A stretch of DNA of 57,379 nucleotides, filler included, from Sphacelaria rigidula (Eukaryota), in assembly GCA_964200075.2 (NCBI GenBank). It is 3 parts of 3 records of this genome, joined end to end, with 100 filler letters (N's around TTAATTAATTAA, not from the genome) between each part and the next. Parts side by side here need not be neighbours in the genome. Positions count along the whole stretch, not along the records: positions 38,324 to 57,379 come from CAXNAA020000741.1; 2 more parts are not named here. One strand, written 5' to 3'. Below the pieces are notes generated by a model, which searched no databases, was not told where the DNA came from, and was given only the letters and a program-made list of their open reading frames with translations. Positions 49,801-57,379 of this stretch are shown here, piece by piece; positions within the stretch are counted from its first letter, which is position 1, and the number at the start of each line of letters is the position of its first letter. The position numbers and the translations under genes were made by a program.

Positions 49801-52800
49801 CACTCACGTCCGCGCTCGTGTGCTGCAGCTATCACTGTTCTGTGGTGCGTTCAGACTTTGCGAAGACGGTTTGGCCTCCGCTTAGATGGTCTGAGCTGCT
49901 GTTTTGTTGTGTTCGTCTCTCTGTAAAACATAGTATCAGTCGGGACGCAGTGCTGTCTATACACTTGACTGTTGAAAACTTCATGTTACCCAGACCCATC
50001 ATTTGGGCGATACCGAACATGGCTGGTTAAAGACACACAACCAGCGCCGGTACACACCGCTCGACCGGCTGGGCCAGACCCCGTGCTCCGATGAAAGGAG
50101 CAGCCCACAACACAGTGCGGATATACTGCACCGCCAGGGTACTGCTGGCGCCCGTCGGCATGGCGGCCGCTTCCGCTGGCATCGGCGCCAGCGCTCGCGG
50201 CCACGGAAATACACAACCAGCCATACTAAGATGGGGATATACCGATACACGAGCATCGCAATGACGCCCTGCGGCGGTAATGTACGACTCGCTGCCTGCT
50301 TGTCTGCTTGCGGCTTCGCTTCTCTGCTGGTGTTCTATTCGTCCCGATGCTACTGTTCACTGCTGTACTGTATTACGTACACTACAAGTGTGACTCGAGT
50401 GTGCCAGCCCATCACAAGCATTTTTCACTACATAATTCACTGTGAAGGTTGCATCTCATTGGCGCTGGATTCCGCCGATTCCTTACTCAAGGGCCTCTGA
50501 TTGGTTGAAATTCCCATTTCACTAAAAAAATGTGCCCCCGTGTATGGGCGTCGTGCCCCAGTGTAGGGCAGGGCATAGCACTGCATTCGCACCCACTGAG
50601 CCCCTTCTTCACACGGGCGCTGCACAACGGGGCATGACACGGCATTCACACTCACTGAGTCCTTGTTCATGCAGGGTCATAGCACTGCAGTCAGATGACT
50701 TTCTCGTCATACCAATGCAGCAAAATGGTTTCCGCTTCGCGATATGCATCCGCTGAGTCCCTGGGTCACCAGGCGCTGCAGTGAAAGGCATGGCAACTCA
50801 TGGGTTCATCCAATCTTGCCGCTTCGCAACATGCACTAGCTGAGTCCCTAGGTCACCATGCGCTGCAGTAAGAGACATGGCAATGCGAATATACAATATT
50901 TCCACTTCGCAACAGGCACTCGCTGAGTCCCCGTGTCACTAGCCGCCGCAGTGAAAGACATGGCAATACATGGGTACAATATTGCCGCTTCGCAACACGC
51001 ACCCGCTGAGTCTCTACGTCACCAGGCGCTGCAGTGATTAGGATGGCAACGCATAGGTACAATATTTCCGCTTCGCAACATGCACTCGCTGAGTCCCCGG
51101 GTCACCAGGCGCTGCAATATGAGACATGGAAATGCAAAGGTGAAATATTTCCGCTTCGCAACAGGCACTCGATGAGTCCCTAGGTCACTAGCCGCCGCAG
51201 TGAGAGACATGGCCATGCATGGGTACGATATTTCCGCTTTGCAACTTGCACCCGCTGAGTCCCTAGGTCACCAGGCGCTGCAGTAAAACACATGGCCATG
51301 AATAATTACAAAATTTCTGCTTCGTAACATGTACCCGCCGAGTTCCTAGGTCACCAGGCGCTGCAGTAAGAGACATGGCAACGTATGGGTAAAATATTCC
51401 CGCTTCGCAACAGGTCGCCAGGCGCTGCAGTGAGAGACATGGCAATGCATCGGTGAACTTTTTCCGCTTCGTAACAGGCACTCGCTGAGCCCCTGGGTCA
51501 CCAAGCGCTGCAGTGAGAGACATGGCAATGCACAGGTCCAATCTTTCTGCGTTTTGATTGATTTATCGATTAATTGTCGCACTTTCACTGACCCCCCAGG
51601 GATCCCGCCGTGGTTACATGATAGTGGGCAAATATATATTACACGACACGGCGGGCACCGAAATTCTTGTCACCACGGACGGGGCGGCCGGGTGAGCCGA
51701 GGAGGACGGTTCGGATACTCTCGCGCCCACTTTTGTGGCGTCGCAGGCGTGTAAATTTGGGAAGCGATTGTGTGCCAGGTCAGCTAGTGACTGGGCGCAC
51801 ATCCAACGACGTGATTCGACCGCTCGTACGACTACCATGTATGTCTCACAGAGGAAAACGGCGCTCTCGAAGGAAGAGGGAAAATCAGTGGATGGCGGTA
51901 TAGACGTTGAAGAATTGAGGGCGCTGCTGAAACAAGGAGAGCTGTTTAACCTGGCTGGCGGTAAGAAACTTTTGGTGTAATAATTCACCACCGCGCCTGT
52001 AGTGTCGGACGATCGTAACCCGGGTATATTTGAGCGATGTCACGGAGGAGAACCGGTGATAACATATGTCCCCTTGATGCTGAGGCCCTGGGTAATGGAT
52101 CGAACGCGCAAAGAAGCAGTGCCCCTGGGAGAAGAAGTGATCACTCTCTTCTACAACGATATTATGGGTGGATAGGCGTGAAGGAAAGTATGAAATTCTG
52201 GATTCGACGCTGCTACTCAAGTCAGTACAAGAGAACTGCTTGGTATACTGTGCAATGGCCTCTAGCCCGCTGCCGCTGACTAGTCGGCCAGGGCAAAATG
52301 TAGCTTTTGACTTTTTAGGACCTTTGCCTCACCCAAGAAGGGGAACAAGCACATTTTTCTGATGGTTGATCTCTTCAGTTGGCACGCGGAAGCTTACGCG
52401 ATCACTCCTGAAGAGCACTCGGCAACCGGCTGTGCTGCAATCATCGTGGGTGACTATGTGCCTCGATGAGGTTGCCGGCACGCATTCTTGTCGGGTCGGG
52501 GACTGAAGGTCACTTCCGCGGTGTGTAGGTCGGTGTACGAGATGATGAGTGCCGCGAAACGGTTCACGAGCTCGTATCATCCCCAGACGATGAGATGGTG
52601 GAGAGGCTTCACCATACTCTACGTCAAATGCTGTCTTACTTGGTGGTGGATGATCAAAGTAACTGCGACGAGTCTCTGATGCATGCGATCTCAGCACACA
52701 ACAATAATATCAGCAGGAGGACCGAGATGTCTCCTGATGGAGTGCGTATTGGACGGTACCCGCGAATGCCAATGACCGTTCTGGAGGGTCGCGGGGTGCG

Positions 52801-55800
52801 GGGGCACGCAGATGTGAAGGCCGATCAGTTGGATTATCGTCAGCTGATGAGAGAACGGCAGGTGAAGGCATTTCAACTGGTGAGGCAGGAGGATTTTCTA
52901 ATTAACGAAACACGAAGCCAGAACCAGAGCATTGATGAAATGGCCAACCGCCAGCCCAAATGGGAGGAAGGCCAGTGAGTGTTCAAGTATGACGATGAAA
53001 GAACCATCGCCGCGGGGGTTAAGGCGGTAAAGGTGGCGGCAAGGACGGCACGAACGTCCTTGGCGCTGTCAGCAAAGCTGGCTGAGTGTGGGACGGGGCT
53101 CTACAAATTTTTGTTCGCGGGACCGGGGGTAACCACCGAGGATGAATAGGTGGGTAAATATTCTTTGTTGCTGGAGATCCGTTGGAAATAGCCGGGGGTT
53201 AACATGAACTCTAGGGTGTTAGTGGCGAGGTGCAAAGGGTATTACAATCCCCACGAGGGAGCGGACAAGCCGATATTTGTGCCTTGGGGACTTGTCAGTC
53301 CGTGATGAAAAAATATTTCGGTTGTCACCCCCTCTACATTTGACGGCGGAGGACGTCACGATGGAGTTGGGCACACACCGGATATTGCCCGAACAAGTGG
53401 TGAAGCACAGGTTGTCCTAGAGATTGGGAGGGAAGCCGGCCGTACAATACCTCACCTATTGGGGCGGGATGGAGGCTCCGAGGTGGGAGCACGAAGTCGA
53501 CCTTGAGCAGTACGAGTCGACAGGTGATGTTGAAATATTAGCTGAGTGATCCGGTGCAGCTTAAGGGTGACAACGTGCAATACCGAAAATATCGCATCCA
53601 TTTGTCGAGGCGCATAACGGCGCACGAACGGGGTGGTTATTATGTGACGCCAGGGTATAAGGTGTCGGATCGACGAAGGGATGGGTCAGACGTATACAAC
53701 CCTGACATTGTCGGCTCTTGCGTTTATTTCAAAACGGTCTCCACAGGTTGGCAGCTGTCCGAGGTGGTGGGTCTGGAGGAGGACCCAGGTCAGCGGGAGT
53801 ATCCACATACTCTCCGCATGATGACTTGGGGCGTAAGTACGATATGCGTCTCAAGTGGGCGGCGCTCCATGAGCGCCGCAGCCGACCGGGGGGTTGGTGC
53901 TGGCACTACCATGTGCTGCCCAACACGGTATGGTATTCCGCGAACGGTTAGTGATGGGCCGGGGCGATTCGAGGTGGAATTGGATGTGGTGGTTGAGAGC
54001 TGGTGTTTCTTGGGAGGAACTGGCAACCATGGGGTGAAGGGCCACCCTGAGCGTGGCGAAGGGAGCTGTTTGGAGCACCGTGAATCTGCTAGCAAAGACG
54101 AGTAGAAGAAGTAGGCAAATAACAAAAGTAATGGCTGGAGCTCGTAGAGGACTTCATTCCCATCTTCGTTGTTTGCTTGTGGATTTCTCTTGGGTGAACT
54201 GAAATCTGGAGCCGGGGTTACCACCTCCTTCAATTTCCCCACTCCTTGCGCGGCGGATATATCAAGAGGCGGTGACTCCGGAGGGTTTATTTTGCTATCT
54301 ATTTATTGCGCCTCGAGTAGGACTTGAGCAGCTTTACTGTACTCCCATCGGGTGTTCTCTTCTGGATTTTTCGTGGTGGTTTGAATATCGAAGCTGGAGT
54401 CGTCGTCCCCTTCCCCACTCCTTGTGAGGCGGACGTATCAGGAGTCAGTCGATGATCGGAGACGGGATTGCTATTGTCAACTAGGTGAAAATCAATAAAA
54501 ATAATGAGGATAATAGAGAAAATAAACAAGCGGAGGCCGGGGGCTACCAAGTGAGCTCACTTCAGGGCTATGTTGTTCACTCAAATCTCAAGTCGGTCCT
54601 CGAACCAACACTTTACGGTCACAGGATTGGCTGATGTCGTGAGCTCAGTCTTCAGTCTGGAATCTAGGCCGGGAAACAGGGGATTCACAGACGGTGAGTG
54701 TGGGTACAGGGGGTGGTAACGGAGTAATGTGAGATAATCAATCAATATGTGGAAGATGACAGGAATGCGGTAAATGCAGGATAGCAGTTCCAGGACAGTC
54801 GACAGCAGACAGTCTTGACTTCGGGGTGGGGTTCACGAACCGAGAGTCTAGCCCATCGCCAGGGGTGTCTGAGGACTGGGGACCTTGGTGGCCATATCAC
54901 GCATCAAGTAACTGTTTTAGTGGCGGGTAGAATATGGGTAACCGGAGTGCAGAGGATCTTTTGTAGGTGTTTGGGGTGCGAATTGCTGAGTTTGGCACGC
55001 CCCACCTTCGTCAGTTCTCCCCAACCCCTCAGCAAGTGGGCTGCGTTTAGTAAGGAATCTGGCGTGTGTAGAAAAATATCAATAACAATCAATTCACCCC
55101 AAGCTTTCGGCATCTTTTCTCCGGCAACATCCACACTCCTACGAGGAAACTTCTCCTGCAACAGACTCAGCAGCTCGCCTCAGCTCTGGGTGGTTAGTCT
55201 ATCAAAGACCCACCGACCTAAGAATTTATCGGTGAGAAGCAGGAATCTCAGTGTCTCAAGACATGGGCAATGCCCCGATCATGCGGCACAGCCAGCTACC
55301 TGATGCTTGACAGTCTTCCTCTTATCACATGGGCGGACCCGCACTAGCAAATGCAGGGACCCTGCTGTGGTGCGGAGTACTGTATGAGCGGAAAAGCCGC
55401 GGCCGCCAATAGTACAGCAAGAACGGCCGTTGGAGTTGAGTTTTGTTTCGGCTCGAAATCAACCGAGTGTCCCCGCAGTTCGGGCATTTATTTCACCACC
55501 TATCAGATCTTCTCAAGGTTCCGCTCGGACCCCAGCTTGTCATCCGAAAGTTTGGTTGTTATCAGTTTTTTTCCTTCTGTCAGGCATACCTGTTGGTGGT
55601 ATCATCTTCACTGCTGCACCTGTAGCTTGCTGAGATCCAGCGCACTGAGCAACACTAAAACGAGTATAATATCATTTCAACTGTTTTTTTTCACCAGTTG
55701 GTGAGCTTTGTTTCCCGGCGAGTGCTACTGACTGTGGGTCATGTCGACTCACAGAAAACAACCCTCCTGCGAGTGACAATGAGGGTATCTCCGCTGTCGT

Positions 55801-56957
55801 CACCAATATATGTAAGGCGCTCCAGAGACTCGCAACGCGTGACAATCAAACTAAATTTAGGGTAACCTCACCGTACAGGAGCAATACTTCTACAGCACTG
55901 CCAACCGTCAAGAGTATTCCCGTACGACGTACAGCAAGACTGCGGAGAGTACAGAATGCAAGAGCATCCAGATCGTTCCTGCCCGCGCTAGCCCCCATAG
56001 TGATCATCCTTCACCTCGGCATGAGAGCGAGGCAAACATGACAGTCGCGCACGTGCCTGTACACAAATTTGACTTGATGAAAATCAAAACATTTAAAGCG
56101 CGCACGGCACAGCACACACGGCACCGCACCTCACTCTTTATCGTGTACGCGGAAAGCGATACGAGTATGGTGTATCCGAGCGCCTCTGAACTTCCCTGCG
56201 ACAGCTTTTACATATTCACCTTCCTTCATGATGGTGAGGGTGTCCGCCGAGTCTTCGGCCTTGAGCGTCACTGTATCCTCGTTTCCCACGTATTCCAAGA
56301 TTTCTGACATGTTGGTGATTGGCAAGCCCAGCGACAAGCTTCGGTCACACCTGATGACAATAATCCATCGGCAGGTGGGCAGGGAGCTCAGTATCACGGT
56401 GGATGACAACGTTGCACAGACAGGATCCGACAAAACAGCGCGAGAGAGTCGAGATGTGCGAACAGACAGGGAGCGTGCGCATCCGGCACTACTGTGCGTG
56501 CAAGGTTTTTCCCGTGCTCGGTGGTGCCGGGTGTGTTCCATCTGTAGTGTTTCGCGCCAAAACCATGAGGGCCTTGCTGTGTGCCGTGCTGTAGTGAAAA
56601 CATAATGGTATGCGATATTGTGATTCGGTCATCACATTTCTCCGAAAGCAGGATGCCAACATCCCGACACCCACACGATGCCAAAAACTAGGCCATTACT
56701 ATATTAGAAAACGTGTAAAACATCGAGCCACCTGTTAGTTTCCAGATCGGATTGAACTCAATGACACAGAAGGAGACCTAGCCAACAGGGCCTACACACC
56801 TATAGTAGTTGAAGCCGTCCGACCGGATCATCACCGCGCACAAAGAAACGTGACGGGGGTCCATGGCCTGCATGCAGATACCCGACTCCGAGCAGTCTAG
56901 GTTGGCTTCTGTGGCCAATTCGCGGACTGCTTCGATGATATTCTTGAGAAGAGAACC
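40864..56957 (-). CDS. PCNA: Proliferating cell nuclear antigen (sliding clamp), divergent paralogue; first ~8 codons probably outside the window
   Basis: Exons 56957-56800, 56350-56220, 42292-42198, 41867-41706, 41070-40864: all GT-AG, phase-consistent, 753 nt, no internal stops. Motifs QAMDxxHVSL, YRCDR, QLGIP, MPSAEFARI, KATPL, GYIRYYLAP. Confidence 0.93.
43613..44184. repeat. Tandem array of ~5 units of 102-105 bp with imperfect inverted termini (probable non-autonomous TE)
   Basis: Unit ATGGCCCCCAATTTGGCCGATATCCTGGAAGCTCCAATCGGGATGTCACGATTTGAGAACGGCTTTCCCCGAATCTGAGCCCAGATC.... Ends TACGCAGATCGAGGGAACTC / GAGGTCCCCCCAATCCGTA are loosely inverted. Confidence 0.8.
44967..45095. mobile_element. 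~130-bp CCCTGGAC MITE (opposite orientation to the 33254 copy)
   Basis: TA|CCCTGGACGATA...TATCGTCCAGGG|TG, with the same internal GCAATAGGCGCAATAGT and inverted TACTGTACGCAG motifs. Confidence 0.8.
46135..47171 (+). mobile_element. hAT-superfamily transposase remnant (C-terminal dimerisation domain), frameshifted
   Basis: LQHWSSEGSRTYPHVARAARVLLSITASSAVLERDFRTAGRLITGCRNRLDAAYNEMVLFLH matches the hAT dimerisation consensus W...YPxLA..A...LxxPASSA..ERxFS.AG...xxRxRL. Upstream FEMAASMNPF lies in another frame. Confidence 0.88.
48020..48390. repeat. Degenerate tandem array (~40-55-bp units)
   Basis: Reiterated CATGAATCATGG..CATGT..CCACCTT..TTCAT(A/G)CGG. Confidence 0.65.
50570..51535. repeat. 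~83-bp minisatellite, ~11 diverged units
   Basis: Consensus CGCTTCGCAACAGGCACTCGCTGAGTCCCTGGGTCACCAGGCGCTGCAGTGAGAGACATGGCAATGCATGGGTACAATATTTC, recurring every ~83 bp. Confidence 0.88.
51590..54105 (+). mobile_element. Ty3/Gypsy LTR retrotransposon remnant (integrase + chromodomain-like), with stops and frameshifts
   Basis: Integrase core: PGQNVAFDFLGPLP, MVDLFSWHAEAY, FTSSYHPQT, MVERLHHTLRQML. Chromodomain-like segment EQVVKHR...VQYLTYWGG...WEHEVDL at ~53390-53510. LTRs were not identified. Confidence 0.85.
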
Positions 56958-57379
56958 CTGCCGGAAAAATTGCCGGCACAACAAAGCAAAAATCGGACAA
57001 ACAGCGAGCAGAGAGGTTTGAAAACTAGGGGCCTCGAAGCGGATGTAATCGCCCGGGACATCGCCATACAAAACACTTTCAGAGTGACCCTACGATAAGG
57101 TGTGGGGGGGGTAATTTGGGTTACTTCTTACGGGAAATTCCAAGTCAAATCGTCGTTGAAAGCAGCAAACCACAGCTGTTTAGAGTGAGTCTTACCCATC
57201 GGTTACAAGCGCGTTTGAACAACAGTTAGTTACTGCTTTCGACGGCGATTTGAAGTGGAATTTCGTGGAAGAAATGGCCCAAAATACCCCTTTCCCCGCC
57301 CCCACTCCCCTATCATGCTCCGTCTCGAAAGGGATGCGTGGTGCATGGGCCAATAAACAAGGCACACAAAAAAAAAGAA

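Noticed and set aside
50570-51535. Repeat arrays (83 bp, 105 bp, 19 bp) as CRISPR-like arrays
   Set aside because: Whole units are homologous, with no unique spacers, no cas genes and a eukaryotic intron context.
40864-56957. PCNA as part of an integrated phaeovirus/NCLDV genome
   Set aside because: It has spliceosomal introns and no neighbouring viral genes; a distant viral origin cannot be excluded without a phylogeny.
56958-57071. ORF-track N-terminus of PCNA (MYGDVPGDYIRFEAPSFQ...)
   Set aside because: A good acceptor (ttttccggcag) precedes G9. The FEA match lacks an adjacent ATG and donor, so the true first exon is probably upstream of the window.

Overview
Eukaryotic, intron-rich genomic DNA, most consistent with a brown alga (Phaeophyceae). 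This is inferred from gene architecture, (TTAGGG)n tracts and the repeat families, not from a marker gene. It contains two 100-nt scaffold gaps (44 N + TTAATTAATTAA + 44 N). Five spliced genes could be reconstructed by hand from splice signals and phase continuity: (1) a 5'-partial CARMIL/LRRC16-like RNI-type LRR gene (+, 71 to ~18.5 kb); (2) one N-terminal exon of GatB/PET112 (-, ~21.8-22.0 kb), with no further exons found; (3) a complete 5-exon, 304-aa SGNH/GDSL-fold gene (+, 22623-29857) lacking the catalytic Ser and the oxyanion Asn; (4) an uncharacterised gene ending in a UBZ-like C2HC zinc finger (-, ~40.4 kb to 31490) that spans the second gap; (5) an intact but strongly divergent PCNA paralogue (-, 56957-40864, first mini-exon probably outside the window) with a ~13.9-kb transposon-filled intron. 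Introns hold an RTE-type LINE, poly(C)-ended LINE 3' fragments, a hAT transposase remnant, a chromodomain-bearing Ty3/Gypsy remnant, several MITE/foldback elements and 19-, ~83- and ~105-bp tandem arrays. The most notable signal is the PCNA paralogue, in which inner-ring basic residues are lost or reversed (K14N, K77E, K80E, R210S; human numbering) while K164 is kept. All homology calls come from recalled family motifs; no database search was run.
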